From Candidatus Harpocratesius repetitus (GTDB lineage Archaea > Asgardarchaeota > Lokiarchaeia > Sigyniarchaeales > Promethearchaeaceae), in contig JAIZWK010000001.1 in NCBI GenBank assembly GCA_021498095.1, positions 2,430,001-2,462,000 of the forward strand: DNA of 32,000 bases, in the 5' to 3' direction. Position 1 is the stretch's first letter. Each line of letters starts with the position of its first letter. The position numbers and the translations under genes were made by a program. The notes beneath the pieces are model-generated. The model saw only the letters and a list, made by a program, of their open reading frames with translations. It did no database searches and was not told the origin of the DNA. Below, in pieces: positions 1 to 9,663 of this stretch.

Positions 1-231
1 GGTTATTTTATATTTAGATTCTTTCCAGATTTTTCTATCCATTGGGTTTTAGGAGGTTTTACTTTTCTATTTTGGTGTTCTTTATTTGTTTATTTCCTAC
101 CTAATAATTACCCTTTAGGCCAAAAAAAGGATATTTTACTCAGATCTGGATATTTATCTGTGATATTTCTTATATTTTATATCCCGTGTTATTTTCTTGG
201 ATTTTCTATTTTTTTCAAAATAGGATGGTGA
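1..231 (+). CDS. 3' end of a multi-pass membrane protein (truncated by window edge)
   Basis: Frame +1 is open from base 1 to TGA 229-231. My translation is GYFIFRFFPDFSIHWVLGGFTFLFWCSLFVYFLP...GYLSVIFLIFYIPCYFLGFSIFFKIGW*, with two to three hydrophobic segments. Not in the ORF track because it lacks a start. Confidence 0.6.
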   Translation, partial: GYFIFRFFPDFSIHWVLGGFTFLFWCSLFVYFLPNNYPLGQKKDILLRSGYLSVIFLIFYIPCYFLGFSIFFKIGW

Positions 232-333
232 TAACAGATTTCTAAAAATAAATTATTTTCAATTAAATTTCACTCGAATACATTCTTTCAAAAGTCCTTT
301 AAAAGACTAATTTCAAAGTCATTCAAACATTGG

Positions 334-1542
334 GTGTTCTATTTCACAATTTTTATGATCTTGAGTTGTTCTTTTTCGAATTTAATAATGTTTTCTGGGA
401 AGAATAATAACAAATTTTCATCACTTCTCTCATCTCCTCGAGATTTTGATATTATTCAAGATGGCGAATTTAAAAATTCCTTCATAGTTCTCGATGGAGT
501 TAATCAATTGAAAATTATTTCTCAAAATAATAAAATTCTGGCAGAGAATGTTCTTCAAATTCCTTATGTTAGTGATATAGAAATGGGACCTAATAATACA
601 ATTTTTATTGTTGATCAATTACAAGATAAAATAATACAAGTTCCACTTTCAAATGTATCACACGTTCTTTGGCAGTGGAATGCACATAATCCTGCAGATA
701 TCAATTGGTCAGAGTGGCTTTCTCATCAATATTGGGATAATAATTCTGTACTATCATTTTCAAAAAGTGTAAATTCATCTGATTTCTTTTTGGGTATAAG
801 TTCAATTCAATTATTAAATGGTTCACAACAAGCACAAAATGCTTCATCTCTTTTAGTTTGCTGTGAATCTTTTAACTTTATTTTTGAATTAACTATTTCT
901 GAAACATCTGAAATTATATGGTCTTACGGTAAATACATTAAATATGATTCTCTTGAATCTCCTCGGGTTGCATTATTAGCTCCAACTTCAGATCTATTTA
1001 TTGGTGAACGCGATTCTCACCTTATTAGTCGAATTAATTATCCTTCTAGATTTTTAATGTCCTATTATTCGCGTACTTTTCCGAATGGTTTTGTGAAAGA
1101 AATTCAAGATATCGATTGGATTTCTCAAAACATGATATTGGTTGCATCATTTGGTACTCCTGGTCTTTCTTTGGTTAATATGAGTTGGCCTTCTTCTTCA
1201 AAATCATTTGATTCTTTAGATATTGCCACTCCACAAGCTATAATGCATAATTCTTCCAAGATTTTTGTTTTAGATGAAAAAAGCTCTTCAATTTATATTT
1301 TAGATTCTTATTCTTTTGAAGTGGAGAAACAAATTGGTGAATCTTGGAGAAATTCTCGACTTTCTTTTGAATTTATTTTCCCAATTGGATATTTAGTTGG
1401 TGTATTTTTGTTGATATTTTGGAAATCTCCCCCAATGAAAAGAGATCTATTGATTACAAATATTATTTTCTTTGGAGTGATAATTATATTATTTATTCAA
1501 AGGCAGACTCTTCTTTATATTCTTTATTGGCATTTTTCTTAA
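334..1542 (+). CDS. Membrane-anchored extracellular beta-propeller protein (NHL / arylsulfotransferase-like repeats), N-terminal hydrophobic segment and two C-terminal TM helices; true start uncertain
   Basis: Repeated blade-like motifs (SDIEMGPNNTIFIVD, LWQWNA, IIWSYG, SPRVALLAPTSDLFIGE, TPQAIMHNSSKIFVLD) and a hydrophobic C-terminus. The frame is already open from 235. Confidence 0.55.
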   Translation: MFYFTIFMILSCSFSNLIMFSGKNNNKFSSLLSSPRDFDIIQDGEFKNSFIVLDGVNQLKIISQNNKILAENVLQIPYVSDIEMGPNNTIFIVDQLQDKIIQVPLSNVSHVLWQWNAHNPADINWSEWLSHQYWDNNSVLSFSKSVNSSDFFLGISSIQLLNGSQQAQNASSLLVCCESFNFIFELTISETSEIIWSYGKYIKYDSLESPRVALLAPTSDLFIGERDSHLISRINYPSRFLMSYYSRTFPNGFVKEIQDIDWISQNMILVASFGTPGLSLVNMSWPSSSKSFDSLDIATPQAIMHNSSKIFVLDEKSSSIYILDSYSFEVEKQIGESWRNSRLSFEFIFPIGYLVGVFLLIFWKSPPMKRDLLITNIIFFGVIIILFIQRQTLLYILYWHFS

Positions 1543-1607
1543 TTTTTGAAAACGCAAAGTTTTTGGTTTTTTGTATATTTTCATTTAGTATTGGGTGATT
1601 AAGACCT

Positions 1608-2831
1608 ATGAAAAAAGTAGAACTTCTTGCGCCAGCCCAAAACAAGAAATCTATCCAAGCAGTTGCACCATTTGCCAATGCTGTTTATTTTGGAAGTGAT
1701 GCTTTGAATATGCGAATGAATGCGGATAATTTCTCTTTGCAGGATCTTAAGCCCATTGTTTCTTTCTGCCATGATTTGAATCTACGTGCTTATTTAACAA
1801 CTAATGTAATAATTTATGAAAACGAACTTAATTATTTAGAAAATCTATTTCAAACTGCAAAAATTGCTGAAATCGATGCAGTTATAGTACATGATCTTGC
1901 TGCTGTTGAATTAGCGCGAGAAATGGGCATACCTTTTCATATTTCTACACAAGCAAGTGTTTCAAATTCTCGTGCTGCAAAATTTTATGAAAAACTTGGT
2001 GCAAAAAGAATTATTCTTGCGCGGGAATGTTCTCTTGCTCAAATTAAAGAAATTGGGCAGAAATTGACAGACGCTGAAATCGAAACTTTTGTTCATGGTG
2101 CCCAATGCACTTCAGTTTCAGGAAGATGTTATTTTTCAGCATATGTTTATGACGATCCTGTATGTTCTGCAAATCGAGGAAGATGTCTACAACCTTGTCG
2201 ACACAAATGGACTTTGAAGCATTATTCCGGAGTAGAAATCGATTATAGTGAAGGTTTTTTCTTAAATTCAAAAGATCTTTGCATGATTGCTCACATACCT
2301 AAACTTATTGATGCAAACATTGCTTCATTCAAAATCGAAGGAAGAATGCGAGATCCTCATTATATCGAAATTGTTTCCCAATGTTATCGAGAAGCCATTG
2401 ATGCCACATACTCGGGGACTTTCTCTAAAGAAATGGTTGATTCATGGATGGAAAGATTAGAGAAAGTTTATAATCGTGGATTTTCAACTGGTTTTTATTT
2501 TCAGCGACCTGGCCCTGAAGATATTTCAGTAAATCAATCAGGAAATCAAGCAAAAACAAAGAAAGTCCAAATTGGAAAGGTGATTGCATATTATCGGGAA
2601 GTTAAAGTTGCAAAAATTGCACTTCACACCGGTAGATTACATTTAGGTGATGAAATAGTTTTTGAAGGATCGAAATTGGGCACTTATTTACGGCAAAACA
2701 TACAATCAATGCAGTTTAAAACTAAGTCTATTACCGAAACACCCCAAATCCCCCCTAATAGAAGCGTAATTATTACAACCAAGGTGGATAAACCTGTAAA
2801 AAAAGGAGATTGGGTCTACCAATATAATTAG
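1608..2831 (+). CDS. Peptidase U32 family protein (TrhP-like Fe-S hydroxylation protein) with C-terminal U32_C beta-barrel
   Basis: ELLAPA start, GADAVY-like FANAVYFG, HISTQASVSN, RIILARE, Cys cluster HGAQC-x6-C...SANRGRCLQPCR, SKDLC, SFKIEGRMR. GGGTGA RBS upstream. Confidence 0.92.
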   Translation: MKKVELLAPAQNKKSIQAVAPFANAVYFGSDALNMRMNADNFSLQDLKPIVSFCHDLNLRAYLTTNVIIYENELNYLENLFQTAKIAEIDAVIVHDLAAVELAREMGIPFHISTQASVSNSRAAKFYEKLGAKRIILARECSLAQIKEIGQKLTDAEIETFVHGAQCTSVSGRCYFSAYVYDDPVCSANRGRCLQPCRHKWTLKHYSGVEIDYSEGFFLNSKDLCMIAHIPKLIDANIASFKIEGRMRDPHYIEIVSQCYREAIDATYSGTFSKEMVDSWMERLEKVYNRGFSTGFYFQRPGPEDISVNQSGNQAKTKKVQIGKVIAYYREVKVAKIALHTGRLHLGDEIVFEGSKLGTYLRQNIQSMQFKTKSITETPQIPPNRSVIITTKVDKPVKKGDWVYQYN

Positions 2832-2958
2832 ATCATATAAATAAGTTATTTTTTATCAGTATTTATATCAAAGATCCCTTTGTGATATAATGCAGAACTT
2901 TCAATTGTATTTTTCTTATAAAGAATACCTTTTAATTTTAAGTAGATACCCGTTACAT

Positions 2959-4152
2959 ATGAGCGAAAACTCACGAAAAAAACGATTAAAGGAAATAATT
3001 CTGCAACTTCACGCAGGAAAGGATCCTAATAAGCTAAAAGATGTATTTAGAAAGGACTTTGGAAGTATATCTTCTGATGAAATTGCCGCTATGGAACAAG
3101 AATTAATCAGTAATGGAGAATTAACTGCTGAACAGGTAACAAAATTATGCGATTTGCATGTGGAGATTTTTAAAGAATCAATTGAAATTCCGGATCATCC
3201 AGAATTGAGTCCAGGCCATCCTATTCATACGTATAGGATGGAAAATGTTAAAGCAAAAGATATTATTAAAGAACTACGTCAAAACTTCAATCCATCCCTT
3301 TTCAAATCTTTAGAACAGATCAAAATCCATTATACTCGCCTAGAAAATCAACTTTTCCCCTTACTTGAAGAAGTGGGTTTTTCTGGACCTTCTCAAGTAA
3401 TGTGGGCAAAACATGATGAAGTAAGAGAGATGTTTCGCAACCCAGATACAGTTGATAAAGAAGAACTTTATCAGGCAATTGAAGAAATGGCATTTAAAGA
3501 AGAAAATATTCTCTTCCCAGCAGCTTTAGATAAATTATCAGAAACACAATGGATAAAAGTAAAAAATGGAGAAGAACAAATAGGGTTTGCTTGGGTTACT
3601 CCAGGAAATCAATGGAAACCAATAACTCCAGCAACATTACACCAAACTTCAATAAAACCAATATTGTCGAAAATAAAATCAAAAGACAATACGAAAAATC
3701 ATAGCTCTTTATCAAATTTAACATCCAACTTAGGTGTTCATTTAGATCTTAATACAGGTACATTAACTTTAAACCAACTAGATCTCATGCTTCAACACCT
3801 TCCACTCGATTTGACATTCATTGATGCAGATGATAATGTACTATATTATTCTGATACGCCAGAACGTATCTTTCCCCGTAGTCCCGGAATAATTGGAAGA
3901 AATGTTATGAATTGCCATCCTCCTAAAAGTCAACATATTGTAAAAAGGATTTTGGAATCGTTTAAGAATGGTAGCAAAGATGTCGCCGAATTTTGGATTC
4001 AAATGGGAGGAAAATTCATTTACATTCGATACTTTGCAGTACGCGATGTAAATAATAACTATGCAGGAACATTAGAAGTTTCACAAGAGATTTCACATCT
4101 TAAAACCCTAGAAGGAGAGCGCAGACTGCTGAATTGGGAACAAGATAATTAA
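2959..4152 (+). CDS. DUF438 / hemerythrin-like / PAS-domain protein (ORF track start 2890; likelier start ATG 2959, MSENSRK)
   Basis: LKEIILQLHAG, CDLHVEIFK, GHPIHTYRMEN, HYTRLENQLFP, GPSQVMWAKHDEVR, KEENILFP, and a C-terminal PAS region (LPLDLTFIDADD...IIGRNVMNCHPPKS, YIRYFAVRD). Confidence 0.85.
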   Translation: MSENSRKKRLKEIILQLHAGKDPNKLKDVFRKDFGSISSDEIAAMEQELISNGELTAEQVTKLCDLHVEIFKESIEIPDHPELSPGHPIHTYRMENVKAKDIIKELRQNFNPSLFKSLEQIKIHYTRLENQLFPLLEEVGFSGPSQVMWAKHDEVREMFRNPDTVDKEELYQAIEEMAFKEENILFPAALDKLSETQWIKVKNGEEQIGFAWVTPGNQWKPITPATLHQTSIKPILSKIKSKDNTKNHSSLSNLTSNLGVHLDLNTGTLTLNQLDLMLQHLPLDLTFIDADDNVLYYSDTPERIFPRSPGIIGRNVMNCHPPKSQHIVKRILESFKNGSKDVAEFWIQMGGKFIYIRYFAVRDVNNNYAGTLEVSQEISHLKTLEGERRLLNWEQDN

Positions 4153-4311
4153 GATTTTTTTATTTTCCATAAATATTTTTTTTAATTTTCTTCAGAACTC
4201 TTCAATTTTTATTAATAAATTGCAATATTAAGAAAAGAATTTGATTTTAAGAGTTGGATTTTGATATATTTTAACTAAAAGAAAAAGAGAGAAAAAATTT
4301 AAGAAATATTT
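4153..4311. terminator. Convergent intergenic region with oligo-T tracts on both strands (archaeal-type bidirectional termination)
   Basis: T runs on + right after the 4152 stop (tttttttattttcc, ttttttttaattttcttc). The purine run aaaagaaaaagagagaaaaaa on + reads as a pyrimidine tract downstream of the minus-strand gene. Confidence 0.5.
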
Positions 4312-6381
4312 CTATTTCCATTCATAACCGCAATCTTTGCAGTAATATTTTTTACCATATATTGGTGAACCGCTAATATATGAAATTGGATGTTCACGAT
4401 CTTCTTTGGTTCCAATATTCTTCGAATTACAGTGTGCACAGATTAGTCGACTATCACTTTGCTCTGGTTTATTTTCCCGAATTACTGCTTTTACTGGTTC
4501 TTCTTCTGCAGGTGCTTCTTCAGATTCTTTTGGTTCACTTTCGACTTTTTGTTTTAATTCAGTTACTCCCCGATTCATATAATCTGCTTTGGCAACTCGC
4601 ACAACAGGTTCAAAACGCTCAAAATTACCAGAACCTTCAGCATCATATGAAAGTATGACTTGATCTCCTGGTTGCATAATATCTAACATCCAAATAACTT
4701 TGGAGGGGTGATTTCCTTCAGATACATTATATTCAGGATTTAAATCACTTGGACTGAAATTAGCTACTTTAAAACCTGCAGGGATTGTTTCTTCTATAGC
4801 TACATTTTTTAATTCAACTTCACCTGCATTTTTAATCTTAATTTTAACACGAAATTCACCCACAGAACTTCCAGGTTGAATCGCTTTAGAAGTTTTAAGT
4901 TTTCGTTTTGCATATTGAATTTTTACTTCAGGATTCTCATCTGTAAATTCAAATGCATATCCTTCTGGCAAAGTTTTCGCAAAGGTTGAAATTTTAAGAT
5001 TATACTGCTCATTTGGTTGAGGATTTTGAGCAACGATAGGATAAGTAATCACTATTTTTGAACCAGGTAAATATTTCTTTGGTAATTCTGTTAATTTAAA
5101 GAAATCCATTTCTATTGTGTGAGGAGTTCCAACATTATGATCATTTGGGCTTATTGTATATTTTAGGTTTTCTTGTTCAATTTTTGTTATTGTATCTCCA
5201 TTAGCATCAACTAAGTGTGCATTAATTTCCATTATATCTGGAACATCAAAATCGACTGGAATGGTATCAATAACTTTCAATTCGTTAATTGTGGCTGTTC
5301 CAACATTAGTAATAGTGTTAGTAATTCTGATATCAGTCTTTGCATTTGCTTTAACTTGTGGAGGATTAATATCTTTTTCTACATTTGTTTCTAAAACATT
5401 AAACTCAGATGGAACCTTAACAATTTTACCATTAAGTACGGTTTCTACAATATAATTTACAGTGAAATCAACTTTATGAGAAAATTTAGGCACATTTACT
5501 GATTCTAATGAAAATTCATGAACCCATGACTCATTAGGTGGTAATACAACATTTAAATCCAAATCAATGATTTTATCTTGGATTTCAGTATTATGAATAA
5601 CTTCTGCTTTAGTAATGGTTAATTCAAAATCCGAATCATTATCGAATTCTAACTCGCATTTCCACCAACCAGGTTTAGTATCATCTTCTTCTGAAGAGAT
5701 TCCAACCATTGTTTCGGTTATTGCTTTTACTTTAGCTGCAATTTTAGATTTCAAAGCATTTGGGGCAGTATAGGTTACTTGAAGTTCATTTCCATTTTTT
5801 ATCTTAGAATCTGTAATAGTAGCTCGACCTTCGATTTCAATTTCTGTAGATTCATGAGGTGCTAATGAATCAATTATCCACTTTAATTGTCGTGTTTCAC
5901 CATCATATACTGCATTACCGCTGCTAAATCTTGCGATTTTCACTTCTTTCAAATAATCAGCAAGAGTTTTTGTGAGTTCAATGTTTCGAATTGGAACATC
6001 GATTGTATTGGTTAATGTGATAAATATTGAACCAAAATTCTTGGCATTAAGAGTAAAATTTTGATTTAAATCATCAAAATCTTTAGAAGTATCAAATTTT
6101 TCTACCACTTCAAGGACAGGTTTTTTCATCTGCGGAATATCATATTCAAAAAGCCAGGTATTTTCTGGAGCAATTACATTTCGCTCGTAATGGCTTTGAA
6201 TATTCTTCAATAATTCAGTATCTTGAATATCCAACTCTACATTCCATATTTTATGGGCTGAAGATGGATTAACAACTTCTAATTTTCCGTTACAGATTAT
6301 GGAATCAACCGAATTGTCGGCTTTCAAAACGGTTTCTTCCATTTCTTTAATATTTATATTAATTTTATCTTTACTTGGCAT
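4312..6381 (-). CDS. Asgard-type cytoplasmic all-beta protein: mu-homology (adaptin mu/delta-COP)-like N-terminal region, Ig/DUF11-like domains, acidic linker, C-terminal C4 zinc ribbon
   Basis: No signal peptide. Alternating beta-strand patterns; ININIKEMEETVLKADNS..NGKLEVVNPS and SGNAVYDGETRQLKWIIDSL; DUF11-like VIDTIP / IEETIPAGF...VIWMLDIMQPGD; tail CAHC-x29-CKDCGYEW. Confidence 0.6.
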   Translation of the reverse strand: MPSKDKININIKEMEETVLKADNSVDSIICNGKLEVVNPSSAHKIWNVELDIQDTELLKNIQSHYERNVIAPENTWLFEYDIPQMKKPVLEVVEKFDTSKDFDDLNQNFTLNAKNFGSIFITLTNTIDVPIRNIELTKTLADYLKEVKIARFSSGNAVYDGETRQLKWIIDSLAPHESTEIEIEGRATITDSKIKNGNELQVTYTAPNALKSKIAAKVKAITETMVGISSEEDDTKPGWWKCELEFDNDSDFELTITKAEVIHNTEIQDKIIDLDLNVVLPPNESWVHEFSLESVNVPKFSHKVDFTVNYIVETVLNGKIVKVPSEFNVLETNVEKDINPPQVKANAKTDIRITNTITNVGTATINELKVIDTIPVDFDVPDIMEINAHLVDANGDTITKIEQENLKYTISPNDHNVGTPHTIEMDFFKLTELPKKYLPGSKIVITYPIVAQNPQPNEQYNLKISTFAKTLPEGYAFEFTDENPEVKIQYAKRKLKTSKAIQPGSSVGEFRVKIKIKNAGEVELKNVAIEETIPAGFKVANFSPSDLNPEYNVSEGNHPSKVIWMLDIMQPGDQVILSYDAEGSGNFERFEPVVRVAKADYMNRGVTELKQKVESEPKESEEAPAEEEPVKAVIRENKPEQSDSRLICAHCNSKNIGTKEDREHPISYISGSPIYGKKYYCKDCGYEWK

Positions 6382-6653
6382 ACAACAATCACTTTTAATC
6401 GTTTAATGGAATTAGCGAGAGGGGTAAAAGGTGCATATTTTACCTTCAAACCAACAACGGGAAAAATATGAGAGCATATCATGGATTTTAGACATTTTTG
6501 TTTGTGTATTCTGCAAAGTTCTCAAGAATTCCCTATCATGATTAACATTTTCGGCTTTTTAAAGTTTTATCTAGAGAAAATTCTTAGAAAAAATTTCATA
6601 AATATAGAGAAAAAATCCAATTTTTCATTTTTGCTCATTTCTTAGAAAATTTT

Positions 6654-7964
6654 ATGTTAAATCAACCAAATTCTATGGAACGTAATGAATCTCCAAATAA
6701 TTCGCACCAAATTCAGCAAAATCCTTTAAATAAACTTAATCAAAAAAAGAAAAATGTTGAAATTAAAAATACAAGAATATCCACCGAATCCACAAAAACA
6801 TTAATCGAACTATTTATTCTTAAAGATATCCAAATTCCAAAATATACCAATGAATTCTGGACCTCAAAACAAAGACAAGCATCTTCTCTTCACGAAATTT
6901 CCTATCGAGCTTGTTTTAAACCTCAATTACCGCGATTTTTCATTAATTTGCTCTCAAAACCAAAAGATATAATATACGATCCATTCAGTGGTCGAGGAAC
7001 CACTGTTATAGAAGCAGGAATTTTAGGAAGGAACATTATTCAAAATGATATTAATCCTTTAAGCCAAATTCTATGTCAACCACGCTTCTTTTTACCTAAG
7101 CTTGATGAGATTCAGAAGCGATTAAAAGAAATTCCTATTGATTATTCAGCAAAAGCAGAAATCGATCTTTCTATGTTTTATCATAAAAAAACTGAAAGTG
7201 AAATAGTTTCTTTAAAAAAATATCTTCAAAAACGAATAGAAAACAAAGAAGAAGATGATATCGATAGATGGATTAGAATGGTAGCAACTAATCGTCTAAC
7301 TGGGCATTCACAAGGCTTTTTTTCAGTTTATACATTGCCCCCTAATCAAGCTGTCTCCCAATCCAGTCAAATTAAAATCAACAAGAAACGAAATCAAACT
7401 CCTGAATACAAAGAAATTTTCTCCCGAATACTAAAGAAATCAAAATCTTTATTGAGAAATATTTCAGAAATCCAGAAAGAAAATTTAGAGAAAACAGGAA
7501 GAAAGGGAATTTTTTTATCGAAAAACGCTAAAGACACAAATGAAATTGAAAATGATAGTGTTCAGCTTATTGTAACCTCTCCACCATTTTTAAAAGTAGT
7601 TGATTATTCAAGCGATAATTGGCTACGATGTTGGTTTAATTCGATAGATACAAAATCAATATCCGAAAAAATTACCGTAACAAGTTCTATTGATATATGG
7701 GTAAATGAAATGACGAAAATATTTTACGAATTCTACCGCATTGTAAAACCTAACGGTTGGATTGCTTTTGAAGTTGGAGAATTAGATAAGGGAAAAATTA
7801 ATTTGGATGAGATTGTGGTTCCTATCGGGAAAAATACAAGCTTCACACCCAAAGCTATAATAGTTAATCAACAATCATTCACAAAAACCTCGAATATTTG
7901 GGGAATTAAAAATAACAAACGAGGGACAAACACTAATAGAATTGTGCTATTTCAAAAGACATGA
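6654..7964 (+). CDS. Orphan amino-DNA methyltransferase (probably N4-cytosine; motif I precedes motif IV)
   Basis: Motif I YDPFSGRGTT and motif IV IVTSPPF, separated by about 190 aa. No restriction endonuclease ORF adjacent. Confidence 0.85.
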   Translation: MLNQPNSMERNESPNNSHQIQQNPLNKLNQKKKNVEIKNTRISTESTKTLIELFILKDIQIPKYTNEFWTSKQRQASSLHEISYRACFKPQLPRFFINLLSKPKDIIYDPFSGRGTTVIEAGILGRNIIQNDINPLSQILCQPRFFLPKLDEIQKRLKEIPIDYSAKAEIDLSMFYHKKTESEIVSLKKYLQKRIENKEEDDIDRWIRMVATNRLTGHSQGFFSVYTLPPNQAVSQSSQIKINKKRNQTPEYKEIFSRILKKSKSLLRNISEIQKENLEKTGRKGIFLSKNAKDTNEIENDSVQLIVTSPPFLKVVDYSSDNWLRCWFNSIDTKSISEKITVTSSIDIWVNEMTKIFYEFYRIVKPNGWIAFEVGELDKGKINLDEIVVPIGKNTSFTPKAIIVNQQSFTKTSNIWGIKNNKRGTNTNRIVLFQKT

Positions 7965-8455
7965 TATTATTTTGATTAAGTGCTTTACATAACCACTCAA
8001 CCATTGCTATACATGAACCTTAATTTCAAATTTAATGGAAAATATTTATAGAACATTATTTTATCTTCATAAAACAAGCATTTCAAGGCGAACTGGTTCA
8101 ATATTGTTGAATTACAGTAGAATTATAGTTGAATTTTCTTTTTTTTTTTAATTTAACATTTATAATTTATCGATGATTTATTTTTCAAATTTTTGAAATT
8201 TTATTCTTTGATGAAATTATTCTCAACAAAAAGCAAGAATCTTAAAGACGATAATTCAAAAAAAGTATTTTATTCAAAATTCATTCTCTATATTTTTATT
8301 TATAATATTTTCAAGAAAAACAAAAATAATGACATCTCTTTTTATAAAATCAAAAAGGTGAAACATCAAGAGTAATTGATAATTATTAAAAAAACCAAAT
8401 TCAAAATTTCAATTTTTTGAAAGATTTAAATAATCAAGTTTCCTAAATATGATAC

Positions 8456-8471
8456 AATTAGTGCACTAATT
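8456..8471. promoter_or_regulatory. Perfect 16-bp palindrome, candidate operator of oppBC, about 20 bp upstream of a TATA-like TTTATAAA (8490-8497)
   Basis: aattagtgcactaatt equals its own reverse complement. Confidence 0.5.
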
Positions 8472-8618
8472 ATTGAAGGTCAATTTAGCTTTATAAACAG
8501 ATATTGTATGATCCATAAAAAAGCAAAATCAGTGGACATTCTCCACGAGGGGCTTTTTAGGACACATTATCATCAAATTCTATCAGTATTTTTTTTTAAG
8601 AAAATGGTGAAATCTAAA

Positions 8619-9650
8619 ATGAGTTTAATAAAATATACAATAAGGAGGCTAATTGCACTAATCCCGATTTTACTTGGAGTAATGTTCCTAACTTTTTGGT
8701 TAGCCCAATTAATGCCTTCCGATCCTTGGACTTTAATGGCTGGGGAACGTTTAACTGATGCTCGGAAAAAATATATAGAAGAGCAAAAACAAAATTGGGG
8801 ATATTATGATCCTATTTTAACCCAATTTCTAATTTATATGAAAAATCTATTTTCGGGGGATTGGGGTAATACAATTGCAGTTCTTCCAAAAGATACTCCT
8901 GTATGGGATATAATAGCATTAAAATTCCCAAAAACATTTGAGATAACAATTCTCTCAGTAAGTATTGCAACTGTTGTAGGTATTTTTGCAGGAATATTCT
9001 CTGCTGTTCATCGAAATCAATGGTCTGATACAATTATTCGATTCTCTGCCTTAGTTGGAGTTGCAATTCCTGTATTTTGGTTAGGAATGATTCTACAATT
9101 TATATTTGCGGTGAAATTGGGCTGGTTAGATGCAACTGGGTATCAAGGAATTCAATACATTACATATAAAACTGATATTACAGGATTAAGACTTTTAGAT
9201 TCTTTTATTAAAGGTGATTTTGATGTCTTTAAAGATACAGTTTTGCACCTTATCATGCCTGTATTTGCTTTAAGTTTCATTTCAGTTGCAGGAATTACAC
9301 GACAAACCCGTTCAAGTATGCTTGAAGTATTAGAATTGGATTACATACGAACTGCCCGAGCAAAAGGATGTTCTGAACATCAAGTTATCTACAAACATGC
9401 ATGGAGAAACGCACAAATAACTACAATTACAATTGTTACTTTAAGTTTTGCAGGGTTACTTGGTGGAGCGGTATTAACAGAAACAACTTTTGCTTTAAAT
9501 GGTATGGGAATGATGACACTCGATGCAATCAACAGTCAAGATTATTTCTTAATCAATGCAAGCGTATTCCTAATGACCATCATCTTCGTACTTGCAAACT
9601 TAATTACAGACATACTATATGGAGTCGTGGATCCACGAATCCGATATTAA
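8619..9650 (+). CDS. oppB: Peptide/nickel ABC transporter permease, OppB/DppB family (ORF track start 8508; likelier start 8619 after GGTGA)
   Basis: MSLIKYTIRRLIALIPILLG, GDWG, TRQTRSSMLEVLELDYIRTARAKG (EAA loop), VDPRIRY. Confidence 0.92.
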   Translation: MSLIKYTIRRLIALIPILLGVMFLTFWLAQLMPSDPWTLMAGERLTDARKKYIEEQKQNWGYYDPILTQFLIYMKNLFSGDWGNTIAVLPKDTPVWDIIALKFPKTFEITILSVSIATVVGIFAGIFSAVHRNQWSDTIIRFSALVGVAIPVFWLGMILQFIFAVKLGWLDATGYQGIQYITYKTDITGLRLLDSFIKGDFDVFKDTVLHLIMPVFALSFISVAGITRQTRSSMLEVLELDYIRTARAKGCSEHQVIYKHAWRNAQITTITIVTLSFAGLLGGAVLTETTFALNGMGMMTLDAINSQDYFLINASVFLMTIIFVLANLITDILYGVVDPRIRY

Positions 9651-9663
9651 GGAGGCTCTAAAA

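Noticed and set aside
229-234. Selenocysteine or readthrough fusion of ORF 1-231 with the in-frame downstream ORF
   Set aside because: TGA is immediately followed by TAA, and no SECIS-like element was seen.
6421-6447. Hairpin ggtaaaa-ggtgcata-ttttacc in the divergent spacer
   Set aside because: Only 7 bp and mostly A/T; could be an operator but is too weak to call.
8193-8375. 60-aa ORF upstream of oppB
   Set aside because: K/N/F/I low-complexity translation of AT-rich DNA, with no RBS or motif.
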